Below are positions 37,041-50,571 of a stretch of 64,000 bases of DNA, in pieces. Both the position numbers and the translations under genes were made by a program. Position 1 is the first letter of the stretch. Each line of letters begins with the position of its first letter. Where the stretch lies: the NCBI GenBank assembly GCA_964252035.1, contig OZ176201.1; one strand, written 5' to 3'. The notes below the pieces were generated by a model. The model saw only the letters and a program-made list of their open reading frames with translations, was not told the origin of the DNA and searched no databases. The stretch comes from Podarcis erhardii. Lineage: Eukaryota.

Positions 37041-37292
37041 TACCTTGGTTTAAGAACAGCTTAGTTTATGGACAACTTGGATTAAGAACGCTGCAAACCG
37101 GAAGTAGGTGTTTTGGTATGTGAACTTTGCCTTGGAAGCAGAACATGTTTTGCTTCCTGTTGAGTGTGTTCCATTTGTAAATTGAGTCCCCCGCTGCTAT
37201 GGGAAAGCACGCCTTGGTTTAAGAACCAAGCTTTGGTTTAAGCTTTGGTTTAAGAAAGGACTGGATTAGGTTCTTAAACCAAGGTATCACTG
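37041..37292 (-). mobile_element. Tigger/pogo-type MITE (inverted copy of 34403-34638)
   Basis: The reverse complement aligns with 34403-34638. The right TIR plus TA is intact; the left TIR is truncated. Confidence 0.85.
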
Positions 37293-37869
37293 TAATTAAT
37301 TTACAAGCTCCATTAGAACTCACAGCTTCAAATTAATAAAACCTAAACACTGAGGACATTAATCACCTCCAGCACATGGTTGAACCAGACACACTTTCTG
37401 ACATTTCCCCCCATCTTCTCTCTGTGAGGCTATATGAAAAAAAACCACCTCCTCTCCTTTGAGATGCTCAAGAGACCTTTAGATGTGTGCAAAGTTGTTG
37501 GGATGAAAGGAAAGAGTTGTGTTCACTTAAATGCTCTAATCAGTATTCCAACCCTCCACTTGCATAGGCTATCCTAAGATTCTCAAACAACTCTCTATTG
37601 ATAGTGCAAGGAAAGGGGATTTGCAAGGGATTAAGAAGTGTTCGGGGGAATTGCAGATATGCTGACAGGACAAAGAAATAAAATTTCTTTCAGAACAGAT
37701 AAACTAATTTTAAAGTAGCTTTATGCATTCTAAGCCAGCCTTCCCCAACCAGGTGCCCTCCAGATGCTTCAATTTTGTACTGAGGTAAATGGCACATAGA
37801 ATAACTTTCTAATTAAAATGACCTAAGATTACTGAACATTGTAGGGCGCTTGATATTCACAAGACAATG

Positions 37870-37870
<1 letters not shown>

Positions 37871-37900
<30 letters not shown>
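37871..37900. repeat. (AC)15 microsatellite
   Basis: Visible directly. Confidence 0.95.
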
Positions 37901-37902
<2 letters not shown>

Positions 37903-39233
37903 GCTCTGCATTCTGCCAGTTTAGTTTCAGCTTCCCAATTAGTATTTCTGAATTTTGTACAAACAGAAAAGTCCATTGTGCCTACTCTTGAACATTTGCC
38001 ATCCTCAAACACTGGTTTTTTTATAGAGAAAATTGTGTGGGGAGAGGGAATAGGAGGAAATAGAGTGAAAGGAAGGTTCGCAAAGTGAAAGGGGAAAAAA
38101 AAGGAATAGATTTAAAAATAAAATAAAATCAGAGGTTGTCCTTTGCATCCCATCCATAGAATAAGCAGTTCCTTGCTCCCCTTTGAAAATAGAAATGCTT
38201 TAGAACTAAATGAAGCTCAGAAGACAAGATATCCCTACAGATCAATCAACACTGTCAGCATCAGAGGGCCCTCGCCTTGGCGTTTTCTCAGTGAAACCAA
38301 GTTGATAATTTTATTTCAGCAAGCTCTGTGTCAGTGAGGACAGCACCATTTCCCCATTTATCTCCTTGCAGGCTGCTCCTCCCATGCAGCTGCTAAATTA
38401 ACACAGTGCTGAGCCAAATGGTATGTGTAAAAGAAGGGCAATTTACATAGGAATCTCCATAATCCCTTATATTCAAATTTGGTTGTTACAATCCCAAAAG
38501 CTCTTAGAGGCTGCTCCGACTGAGTTAAGCCCCTTTTAGAGAAGGCTGTTGCTGCAGAGCAAGAGCCCATTTCTCACAATATGTCCTCCATTCGATTGGC
38601 AAGCCCTGGTTGCCGACTCCTCATTTAAAATGCATTATATTCTCTAATTCATTATTTAAGGCCAAACTTGACTAGCTGGACAGAAGGGTAATAAACCAAA
38701 TTGAGTGATGAGTGGGTGCAGATCCCTCCCAGCACATATTAATATTCTACTAAGTAACTGGACATGAATGAAGCCCGTGGAAGAAGGATGAAGCTTATGG
38801 ATAAGATGCTGGTGTGAAGATATTTGGGATCTATCCTGCCTCTCATCCTCCCCACAGAAAAGTCTCATTTCCTCGGGAAGAAAGAAAAAAGTGTTTCCCT
38901 TGCTCATCTTCCTAATGCTCATTCAGCATGGCATTAAAAAAGAAACAAACCTAATACTTAGCATTATTCACTATATACAACTTGAAGAGGGTTGGTAGGT
39001 AGATAAAATATTTATTCTTTTTTGCAGGAATATGGATTCTACATATAGTAGCAGCTGTCACATGGGTGAGATTACTCTCAAAAGTGGAAAAAGCTCTTTC
39101 TCTCACCCTGTGGAAACTAAACATCTACTAAACAGGATAGCCTCAGGCGATTGTTTCCCAATTTAGGATATTCTTGGTCTAGATTATTTTCTGGCTTAAA
39201 AAAAACCTTGGGGGGGGGCGGGGAAGGCCATTA

Positions 39234-39443
39234 CAGTGGTACCTTGGGTTACAGACTCCGCTTACCCAGAAAAATTGCTTCAGGTTAAGAACTTTGCTTC
39301 AGGATGAGAACAGAAATTGTGTTTTGGCGGGGCGGCGGCAGCAGGAGGCCCCATTAGCTAAAGTGGTGCTTCAGGTTAAGAACAGTTTCAGGTTAAGTAC
39401 GGACCTCCAGAACGAAGTAAGTACTTAACCCGAGGTACCACTG
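39234..39443. mobile_element. Tigger/pogo-type MITE
   Basis: TA|CAGTGGTACCTTGGGTTA ... TAACCCGAGGTACCACTG|TA. Confidence 0.85.
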
Positions 39444-39484
39444 TATAGCAACATGTTTTCCTACTGACAGTATTAGGGTTGAAT

Positions 39485-39930
39485 CAGGCCCATCTTACCC
39501 ATTGAGGCTAGTGCCAGGGCACCAAGTTCTGGAGGGAGCCAGGCGAGAGTCCGGGGAACACTGAATGAGCGCATTGAGTGAGCGAGGGGGTGTGCACTGC
39601 TTCTGCCGAGCGTCGACTAGGTTTTTTTCTTTTTTAGCCTGCAAGTGCCGAGTTCTGCGGGGTGCCAGAAGGCTAAAAGGGAGAAAAACGAGCCGATGCA
39701 TGGCAGGAGTGGCACATGTGCCCTCGCTTGCTCGGTGCAGGCCTGCTCGCTTGGTGTGCTGCCTGCCATGGCCACTGCAGCACGAAGCGGCCAGCTGAGC
39801 CAGGAGGTGCCACCCTCCAGCTGCTGCCTGCCTCCTCCAGCCCTAAAAAAAGGTCAACTCTGGGAAATGGGGGGGGGGGTGCCGGAGGAATCTTTGCACC
39901 ATGGCGCCAGATATGCTTAAGACGGCCCTG
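39485..39930. mobile_element. hAT non-autonomous element (family of 12557-12939)
   Basis: Shared ends CATCTTACCCAT.GAGGCTAGTG and GCACCATGG.GCC..ATATGCTTAAGA.GGCCCTG; TSD GGTTGAAT/GGTTTAAT. Confidence 0.85.
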
Positions 39931-40209
39931 GGTTTAATATAAGAATGATAACTCTTAAGAACATAAGAGCCTGCTGGATCAGGCCAATTTATTCCAGCAT
40001 CCTGTTCTCAGTGGCCAATCAGATGCCTGTAGGAAACTCATGTTTTTAATATTCTGTTGAGAGTCACCCAGAGTAGCTGGAGAAACCCAACCAAATGGGC
40101 GGGGTATAAATAATAAATCTTATTATTATAAGCAGGACCTGAGCACAAGAGCACTCTTCTCTCCACCAGTTTTATTAAACTGGGTGTTGTATTCTGAGAG
40201 TGGGTAACT

Positions 40210-41215
40210 TTCAGAGTTTATAATCTTGTACTGTGTTTTTGTTTTTTGTTTTTTTAATTTGTTTATACTTTTCAAGTTTATACATTTCACTAATTTTACA
40301 ATCATTTTGACATTTCTAAACTTGACTTCCTTTCCCCTCTTTCTGCAGTTCCTTAAATTTATTTTTAATATCTTCTGCATATCCAAATTAACTTAATTTG
40401 CTCATTTATTCATCTTCTTTAAATATCTACTCTTACAAAACTGCTGGTTATTAGAATAAACCTGCCAATATTTTTATCTGTTTGCAATTTATCTGTAAAT
40501 ATTCAATAAACCATTTCCATTCTTTTATAAAGAAAACAATGTTATCTTGATTTCTTATTCTTCCAATAAGTTTCCCCATTTCTGCATATTCCATAAGCTT
40601 TTGTATCCATTCTTCCTTTGCTGGGACTTCTGTTTCTTTCCATTTTGGGGCAAGTAACATTCTTGTCACTGTAGTAGCATACATGAATAAGTTTCTATAC
40701 AGTTTAGGTAGTTTTGTCCCTATAATTCCCAAAAGAAAAGCTTCTGGGTTTTTTACAAAGCTTATTTTAAACATCCTTTTCATTTCATTATATATCATTT
40801 CCCAATAAGCTTTAACCTTACTACAAGACCACCACATATGAAAAAAAAGAACCTTCTTTCTCTTTACATTTCCAACACTGATTTGATTTAGATTTATACA
40901 TTTTTGCCAATTTATGCAGTGTTAGGTCCCATCTATATATCATTTTCATATAATTTTCTCTTAGACCATAACATGCTGTAAATTTTATATCCATATTCCA
41001 CAATTGTTCCCATGCTTCCATGTCCTTGTATTTTGTATTGTTTTTATGAAGATTTCTCTTGATACAAGAATTTCTTTGAAAAGCATTGGAAACCATAATC
41101 TCTTGGGCAGCAGTCTGCTCTTTTGTTCTTGGATATTTCCACAGCTGATATTAATCCTCTCTATTTATGTGGTTAGAAAGTATACAAAGACTTTTTTCTT
41201 CTTTGGATGAGAGAT
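40210..41215 (-). mobile_element. Decayed L1 ORF2 3' region
   Basis: Broken minus frames MIYRWDLTLHKLAKMYKSKSNQCWKCKEKEGSFF / MWWSCSKVKAYWEMIYNEMK...PEAFLLGII are homologous to the L1 at 51682-53174. Confidence 0.9.
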
Positions 41216-41809
41216 ATGAGTCTGTACTTGACGTGACCCAAAATGCTATCAAAATGCTATCCACATTTATTGTAATACAGACAATTGGTGCTCAATTAAA
41301 GTGGCAAAGAAAGAAGAGAATTGAATGAATGAAAGGAAAACTCTTTCCAGTTTCCAGAAAGGAAAGTAATTACATTTGGAGAACCCTGGGGACTTCCTAT
41401 CTTTGCTCCTGGTTGGAGGAAATCACCTCCTTTAAGGTCAGCTTCACACAAACAATAATATAGTTAAAAAGCTATAATGAAAAGTGTGCAGATTTTGTTC
41501 CTTGGGGTTTTGCTTTCACAATTTTGGATCCTCATTATCTGATGAATGATAGGACTTATTGCAGCCTTCTAGGTGTCAAATCAGTTTTGCAACATGCGCA
41601 TATGTGTCTACACTGGAAAGTTTTGTATGAGACTTTCAGTTAGGGGTCTTTCTGTATAATCAAAAGTAGAAAGCAGGATGACTTTCCACAAGCCCTGATC
41701 CAGAGTCAAGGACTACAATGTTCAGTCCCCAGGTAATTTCTTCAGGGAAATAACCTTGCTAGCTAGGGAATAGGGCTGTGGAAACCTATGACCTCCCAAC
41801 TGTCCTTCT

Positions 41810-42235
41810 AGAGACCACATAACAATGGTCTTGAAAGACCAACATTGGCTCCCAATACGTTTCCGAGCACAATTCAAAGTGTTGGGGCTGACCTTTAAAG
41901 CCCTAAATGGCCTCGGTCCTGTATACCCGAAGGAGCGCCTCCACCCCCATCGTTCTGCCCAGACACTGAGGTCCAGCTCTGAGGACCTTCTGGTGGTTCC
42001 CTCATTGTGAGATGTGAGGTTCCTGCCCTGTGGAACGCCCTCCCATCAGATGTTAAGGAAATAAACAACTATCTGACTTTTAGAAGACATCTGAAGGCAG
42101 CCCTGTTTAGGGAAGTTTTTAATGTTTGATGTTGTGTTGTGTTTTTAATATCCTGTTGGGAGCCGCCCACAGTAGCTGGGGAAAGCCAGACAGATGGGCA
42201 GGCTAATAACAACAATAACAACAACAATAATTCTA
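41810..42235 (+). mobile_element. L2 LINE 3' end with (AAC)n tail
   Basis: Reads VLKDQHWLPIRFRAQFKVLGLTFKALNGLGPVY; aligns with 4600-5056. Confidence 0.9.
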
Positions 42236-43224
42236 CACTTTTGAAGAGGAAGTCGGAAGCAGGGAGATTTTCTATATGCATAAACCTCTGTGCAACCAGG
42301 ACTTGCGTTTGGTAGTTGGCTAGTTGTACTTCTGGCAAAAGTTGTGGGGTGTGGTTCTGCACTGAGCTCACTGCTCAAAATACGTGCATCTGGATGCATG
42401 CTTTATGAATGCTTCCCCAACAATGAACTACAAATACAGCAAGCACACATATATTTATAGGATCATTTCAGTACCGGAAAGGCAACATGCAATCCTATTC
42501 CAGAAGATATTTGTGTTTTCAAAGGGCGGGGTAAAATTTAAAAAGTCTTTTCTAATTTCCCTTTCCTTTGGTTAATTTCAAAACATTTGATATGGGTCCT
42601 TACTATTTTCAAGATGCCTTTTGCCGAAGCTTGTGAAATGATGTCTTTTCCTTGATTCCCATGCAGAACATGTTCATCTCCTCTTCATGCATCTCCGTGA
42701 CTTTGTAACTAAGAAAGAAAGTGGCAGAAAATTAATTATTTCCCACAGTAATTTAAATTGTTATCTGGTCCTACTCAGATGATGCCATTAAGTTTTATTA
42801 TGGTTTCACTTCTCCCCCACCCGCAAATCATTAAGTCACAGAGACAGCCCCAGCTAATTAAGTGACTCTCGTTATTTTGCTGCACACTGACATCAGGAAC
42901 TGTGGGGTGGATCTGTAACTGGGTTGCGCCTTTGAAAGAAGGGGAGACACAGGGTTGCATCAGTCAAGCAGCCTGTCTTTAGAATCCAAAATAGATCAGA
43001 GAACTTAGCAAAATATGCTTCAGAGGGGGTTGGATTGGGATATGTTACTGGCACCACATTCATGGCTCCCTAATACCAAGGCCCTGAGTCTGATGTCCTT
43101 TTTTTTCTTGGACCACACATACTATTTTCTTTAATATTCACAGGTCGTTATTTTTCACTTGTAGTCTTCTGTGATGGATACCAGGCTGAAATCTCTTCAT
43201 TTATGATTGAGCTAGCCTCTATTT

Positions 43225-43470
43225 CAGGAGTCAGCAACCTTTTTCAGCCGTGGGCTGGTGCACCGTCCCTCAGACCATGTGATGGGCAAGACTATTTTTT
43301 GAAAAAAATATATGATTCCTATGCCCCACAAATAGCCCAGATATGCATTTTAAATAAAGGGACACATTTTACTCATGTAAAAATATGCTGATTCCCGAAC
43401 TGTCCATGAGCTGGATTGAGAAGGCGATTGGGCCGTATCTGGCCCACGGGCCTTAGGTTGCCTACCTCTG
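43225..43470. mobile_element. hAT MITE
   Basis: Termini CAGGAGTCAGCAACC and GGTTGCCTACCTCTG; perfect TSD CTCTATTT. Confidence 0.85.
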
Positions 43471-46400
43471 CTCTATTTTCAGTGATTTCCCTCAGCTCAG
43501 GTAATCTACAGTTTTATGAGGCCTACTTGTTACTTTAGCTGCTCTAACCATCAAGCATTTGCTTCTCATTGGAGCCAGGCTAAAATACTCTCATTTTCAC
43601 AGGTTCAGCATCATGACAATTATACTTCCCCTGCAAATGAGAATAATGCCGGCCAACTAAAATGGAGAAGACGCTTTTCACCTTGATAACATCTCCTGGT
43701 GACATTTTGCCAATATTAGACAAGACATTGGTTTGAGGCTGCAAGTATTATTCACACTCTGTTGAGGTTTGAGGAGAAGCTATCACAAGCTACATCTAAA
43801 GGCTGCTGGAGCATACAATAGAAGTCCCACATGGAAGTCACTTTAAATCATTTTCTACAGTAGCTGTCTCAACACTGCCTGCCATTTAGGCACACCATGT
43901 TGATCTTTATACAGAGAGAGAGGTTTGTGTTGGCACTGAGGAAATGGGCCAGTCTGTGTGGCAAGCCAGTGCATACACACAAAGTCATGTTGCAGAGACA
44001 GCTGGCAAGGGGTTTAATCGAAAAGTGGCCCCCACGGTAGCCATATTGTGTGCATTGAGTGGGGATCTGCAGCCAAATCAGAAATGCATGATTGCTAGAT
44101 ATTCGCATACAGGACACTCTGTGGTGTCATATCCTCCAAGCTTTTGTGGCAGGAAGGGGAACAATAGCAATTAATTCTTCCTGTCACTGCACGCTCCTTT
44201 TCTTACCTCCAGGGAGCACACTCCATTTTGAACCAGACTTTGGATTTTTGTAACTTTTAAGGATTATCACTTGCCTGGTTTCCTCACTTTATCTGTTCTA
44301 GGGTTGACTGACATATTTCAAAAAGTTTTTTTAGACAAAGTCCCAAACCCTGCAATTTTTCAATTTACTTGCCTAAAGCACTGCCTTTCGGAACTCCCCC
44401 CCACCCCGGACATCAATTCCGCCTTTGAAATCCCAGCAATGTCCCAGAAAATCCGGACGTATGGCAGTCAGAGAGTGATTGCTTTGTTTCTACAGTCTCT
44501 GGTCCTGCAACATGAGTTCCATGCATGTCAACATGCAGAGGGCCGGGAGGCCAGCTGGCTAGTCCCGGCTGGGCCGTCTCCTTCCAGCCATCCTGCTGGA
44601 AAGCCCATTGGCTTCTGCTCCGACGTAAATCAGCGACCTGGGCTTCTGAGCCAGGGCACACTATCAGCAGATTGAACAGCGCACACAGAATAGGCATGAG
44701 GCTTGCGGAAGCATACTACAACTACAGATTTATTAATCATAAATCAGGACAAAGAAACATGTTGTCTCTCTCTCGTCGTCTCCGAGAGAACAGGAAAAAA
44801 CAAAAGCTATACACAATGGAAGGTCCCAGCTGTGCTGGAATGTAAACAGACATGAGACACGCAACAGTTCCACACGTCTGCTCCTTAAGGTGGAATGGAA
44901 ATCTCAGCATAGGCCTGGGTGCTAGAAATGAGAACTTACCCTAGGATATTTCAGTATTTATGGTTCCCCAGGCATAGTGAGTACCTGGATCAAGACGGCA
45001 GTCTCCAATATCTCCCCCCCCCCCAAAAAAAAATCCAGAATGAAATGCATTGACTATTGATCTGCTTCAGCATGCTCTATCCTAAAGACATGTTTCTGGC
45101 CCAAAATTAGGAATGAAACATAAGAATGTAAGAAGAGCCTGCTGGATCAGGCCAGTAGCCCATTTAATCTAGCATCCTTTTCTCACAGTGGACAACCAGG
45201 TGCCTAATGGGAAGCCCAGAAGCAGGACTTGAGGAATGCAGCCCTCCTTGCCTGTGCAGAGCATATCCATCAGGGTTAGTAGCCAAACACAGGATTACAG
45301 AGTAGAAATGATTTGACGCCATGCTGCATTTTAGCTTGCTTATTTGATCATGAATTTTAAAACAACCTATTTATGTTTAGTCTTAAATGCTTGCTGCTCT
45401 TTTTAATTGCTTATGAAATGTCTTTTGCAAAGAGTGGGTTGGTTTTTTAATAATGATTTACTGCTACAGGATAAGCTGTTATAATTACATATGGCTGTCA
45501 AAATATTTAGCAGGAGCAGGAACATATTGTGCAGGTTAATAAATGCAGAGAGAAGGGGGGGAGTGGTTACAGTGGATTCTGCTGCTATGGAAAAAGAAAA
45601 ATAACAATCCATACTAAGGACTCACATTTCACAATTGTGAATGCTCCTTGTATATATAGCTTTCTATCATACAGGCACACAACAAAGTGTGGGGATAGTT
45701 CATGTTTCCTGAGGAAAGTGCAGCCACATTCATGGAAATGAAGTGCAGCTGTGTGCGTGCACCGTCAGATGCACACCAACAGTTTCCCCATTCCTTGTTG
45801 TTTATTTATTTAAAATCATTCTGGGCTGCTTTTCATCACAAAGCAGCTCACAATGATATGACAACAACAACAAATAAAATGTAATGACCAAACAGTATAA
45901 AGCATCACTATTACAGTACACCAGCAATCAGGATTGTTGCAAAAGGATATGTTTTCCATAACACCAGCACTTTCCCAACCTATATAGTCATGTGAAGAAA
46001 ACTACCTGAGCTTGCATGTGTGAAGTAGTTCTCTAAGTGGTTTCATAAAACAAAACAAAAAAGCCCTCATTATGCTGCTTATCATTCTCAAGAATAGGAA
46101 TACCCATTAGCAGAATATAGGAGCCAAGAGATCAGCTGGTACATGAAGCAGAATGAGAAACCTTGCAGATATTCACATTTGGGGCAGCACTCATGGTGAA
46201 AAGAGGTATTGTAAGTCTTTTATTAACACACAAGAAGAGAGGCAGGTTGCGTTCACGAACTGCAGAGCTCACTGGATGATTTATTGACAATTTCTAAGGG
46301 TCCATTCCACTCGGCTTGATCCTGTTTTCACATACAAGTGGTTTATAGTTTCCATGCTGAGTATATAAAAAATACAGTTCTGGAGCACTGGTTTGAATGT

Positions 46401-47130
46401 GCCCTGAAATACACATAGCATTCAAATGGAACAAACAAAGGGCAAGTTACAAGGAGCTGCTCTGGGCCACTTTCTGCTGCCTCTAGCCTAGATTTCATAA
46501 TAAAATGCAGAGTGGCTTGTCTGTATTGAAAGGAAGGTTTGATTATGAGTTAGATCCTTACAAACCCACAATATGAGGAGGACATGCAAAAATGATTTAA
46601 TACAAGGTTAAGGGGCAGAATGGTTGGGGGCAGAATGTCACAGGACATGCACTGTAGTATTTCTGTACATGTCACACTCTGCAACAGAAGCAACATAGTC
46701 ATTGCTATTCACTGATGCTTCTTGGGGTGCGGGAGAGTGATTTACTTTGCTGGGAAGGACACTCAAAGCCACAGAGAGCTCAAAAGAAACAATATCTTCT
46801 ATAGTTATCAAACCTGGAAGTGGAAGCCTGTAAGTATCACCAGAAATAAGTGCCACTTCTGTTTTCCCCAAAGAGGCCCAGTTTCTGTACTTTACAACTT
46901 AAGTTGATAACAATTTACTCCCAGCCTAGTTCTGTCATCCTGTAAGTACACCTATGTGTCACGGTTTCGTTCTTTTTTTATATTTCTTTCATAACATCTA
47001 ATCTGATTATATCAGGCTCCTAGAACATTTCCCTTTGCCCATCGTGTCCTGCTCCTCAGAAATGGAAAAGTTTGTTCGTCCGGGCATATTTCAACTCAGT
47101 ATTGGCTCTTGATACTTAAGCATCCTTCAG

Positions 47131-47319
47131 CACACTGCCATTAAAAATGTGGCTAGAGACTTATACAATTCAGAGGAGGGAGGTGAGGATGGTAAGCTAT
47201 ATGAGAAAAAAGATAACTGGGGTGGGGAGTGTCGTAATTCAACAATGGATTGGGTGTGTGAACCCACTGATTCCACTGCCCTCTCTGATGTATTCAATGG
47301 CATGGCCAATCAGCAGAAG
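47131..47319 (+). CDS. Best candidate internal coding exon, product unknown
   Basis: CATCCTTCAG| acceptor and AAG|GTAAGC donor; 189 nt, phase 0-0; reads HTAIKNVARDLYNSEEGGEDGKLYEKKDNWGGECRNSTMDWVCEPTDSTALSDVFNGMANQQK. Not recognised as a known protein. Confidence 0.4.
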
Positions 47320-48824
47320 GTAAGCAATATGCCATAGGTCTACGGCATGGTTAGCACATCCTGAAAACACTGTGAAAAGGAAGCGTGAGGGAACAGAGGG
47401 GTCCTGCTGCCATTTTTATTAAAAAACAAAAAAAGTCATCAGTAAGGCTTCATCTGCACTATACATTTAATGCAGTGCTTCCTCCAGAGAATCCTGGGAA
47501 CTGTAGTTTGTGAAGAGTGCTGAGAGTCAGCTAAAGTTAATTATGAGAAAATCCCACTGAAAGCAAAGAGATTTAAGTTAATAATGCCTAGTTTAATCAT
47601 AAGGCTGCAATTCTATGTGCGCTTGATTGGAAATAAACTTCACTGAACACAGTGGAACATGTTTCTAAGTCAATATGGATAAGGTTAACCTGCATGACAC
47701 AATTTGCTTAGTTCGACCAGGGACTATACTGTGATGTTTCTGCCAAATCAGCAGCACAGCACTCTTATTCAATAGTGAGAATGCACACTTTTTGTGTGGG
47801 AAGCGGGGAAATAGTCATCATACATAATAGCATTACCTGACTCATTTGCCCTTCATGGAGCTCATTAACTTCAGCGGGTTGTAGGTTGCATCTATATGCC
47901 CAGCCAAAGGTTGAGCTGATCTTCAGGAATTTAATTTGGTTTATCAGCACCCCGAGAGACTAGAAAACACACAAAGGAGCCTGAGGCAGAACAGGAAGGA
48001 GCCTCCATTTTCCATAAAAGAGAACAAGGAATAGAGCCAGTAGGTGGTTACCATTTTAGGACTGAGAAACGTCACAAGGGAGAGGCTTTCTTGTTGCCTC
48101 TTTTCTCAGTGTACACAGTGTGTGTGTGTACTTATTTTAGAAAAAACCAACACTTAGCTAGAGGGAAAGGAATATGTTGTGAAAGATAAATTATGCAGAT
48201 AATTTTCCATTATGCACACAGAGAGAAAAGTACAAAGGACATGTATTTCCTCAGGGACGCACCTCTGAAACAAGAGGCTGGCAGAAAATGAAAAAAGGAA
48301 GAAAAGGGGAGGAAAAGATCAAATCAGAAACAGAGCCAGATCTGGCAGATTGTTGCTCAGAGCTGGGATGAGACTGAATGAGCAAAAAATTGTACCAGAG
48401 GCTGTTCCTTCTGATGAAGCACTGCATGGTTGTGTCACTTATTGAGGTCACCATTCCCACTTGTTGAGAGACGAATGCCACACACTGCAGGGTGACAATA
48501 ACCAGGAGAGAGAGGCGGGAAGGAGTACAATAATTTAAGGAGAGCCCTGTTGGAACAGGCCAGCATCCTGTTCTCACAGGGACCAGCCTATGAGAAGCCT
48601 GCAGCAGTGCTCTTTCTACTTTTGTTTCCCAGCAACGGTATTCAGAGGCAGACTGTCTCTGATAGTGGAGGTACAACACAGGCACCATGAGCAGCACCAG
48701 TTGATAGCTTTATCCTCAGTGAACTTGCCTAACTCTCTTTTAAAGGCATCCAAGTTGCTGGCCATCACTATAGTTTGTGTGAGTTAATGCCACAGTTTAA
48801 CTATGTGCTGTGTGAAATAGTTTT

Positions 48825-48825
<1 letters not shown>

Positions 48826-48875
<50 letters not shown>

Positions 48876-49532
48876 TTTCTGTTTTGCAATTTAAAGTACT
48901 CATTTTTACATCCTTAAGATATCAATGACTTCCCTTCTTCTCTTCCCATGGTTCATTTTACATATCATAAATCCCTGCATATTTTACACAAACTATACCA
49001 TTCAGTATTCCATTATTACATCCATCAAAACTTATTTACACTGTTGAATTTATCTTAATGCTGCCAGTGTTTTCAGCTGTACACAGTTATTTTCCATATA
49101 GCCAATAAAGGTTTTCCAATCTTCTCTAGACATATGTTCTTCTTGTTCTCTTATTCTATATGTTAAGTCTGAAAGCTGTGCATATTCTTTCAACTTAAGT
49201 TGTCACTCTTCTTTGGTTGGGACCTTGCTCGTTTTCCATTTTTGGGCTAACAAAACATGGGCTGCAGTAGTGGTATACATACATAACCTTTTTTGACACC
49301 TGGGAATTTCAGTCTGGATTATCTCCAACAGAAAGGACTCTGGTTTTTTGAGGAAAGTACTTTTAAGCATTCCCCCCCCCCCCAATTCATTATGGATCAT
49401 TTCCCAATACTCTTTTACCCTTTTACAGGTCCACCACATATGAAAGAACGTTCCCTCAACCTTTCTGCATCTCCAGCACTTATCTGATTCAGTCTTATAC
49501 ATCATAGCAAGCCTACTCGGAGTTAAATACCA
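48826..49532 (-). mobile_element. 5'-truncated L1 inserted into a CR1 fragment
   Basis: The minus frame reads WYLTPSRLAMMYKTESDKCWRCRKVEGTFFHMWWTC...; TSD TGAAATAGTTTTC at 48813-48825 and 49533-49545. CR1 sequence continues on both sides, and an (AT)n tract sits at the tail end. Confidence 0.9.
48828..48872. repeat. (AT)n microsatellite
   Basis: Visible directly. Confidence 0.95.
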
Positions 49533-50143
49533 TGAAATAGTTTTCTTTGTATGCCCTGAATCTTCCAACATTCAGCTTCATTGGATAACCCCGAGTTCTT
49601 AAATTAGGAGAACAGGAGAAAAACTATTTCCTATCCACTTTCTCCACACTGTGCATTATCTCATACATCTCTCTTATGTCCCACCCACCCTGACTTGCCC
49701 TTTCCGAAAACTAAAAAACAAACAAACCACTAAATGTTGTAAAGGTAGAAAGAAAGTGTTTCGTAAAATGTGTGTGTATAAGTTTGCCAGTGATCTGGGC
49801 GCTGCTACACCTTCTCTGTATGGTGCCCCTTGCCAGGAGGTCTAAACATTTAGGGTACTTCTTTTCCTTGGGCACCTATTTTGAATGCTGCTGCACAGCT
49901 ATAGAGCAACCAAGAGAATCCCTGGAGCTTGTCAAAGGTCCCAAACGAGAATTAACTAACTTCATGCAATTGTAGGACCAAGTACCAATTACTTAACAGA
50001 ACACAAAATTTGGTAGTAAAACCCCATTGATTTCATGCATTCAATGCATTTGCAACCAGACTGCCAGATAGCCAAAGTCCGATTTGTCAGAAAAGTCATA
50101 AGACAACGGTAAGACCATTGTTTTTTTTGTTGAATAATACGGT

Positions 50144-50571
50144 CAGTGCCGGATTCACATATAAGCTAAACAAGCTATAGCTTAGGGCCCCACTCTCTTG
50201 GGGGACCCCAAAAAATGTAAAGGAAAAAAAACCTGGATGTACATTTCCAAAATATAAGATAAAAAACAAAAAAAATAAAACCTACATACAGCAACAGTGT
50301 TTTGTGTTGTGTAGGCTCCTAAGTAATGGGCCCTGCCTGCCAGCCTGCTCCCTAAAATATCACTGGTTTGCTCATTTCTATATATAGGGTGCCTATATTC
50401 TGCATGTGCAAATAGCTTTAGATACCTATTAGCTCCATAAATTACCATATATAGCATATATTCAACACAATAAACAGTGACAATTTGTTGTTGACAAAGG
50501 ACAACTGGACATATAAAGGGCCTCATTACCTTCAGTAGCTTAGGGCCTCATCAAACCTAAATCCAGCCCTG
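50144..50571. mobile_element. hAT non-autonomous element
   Basis: Termini CAGTGCCGGATT and AATCCAGCCCTG; TSD AATACGGT/AATGTGGT. Confidence 0.75.
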
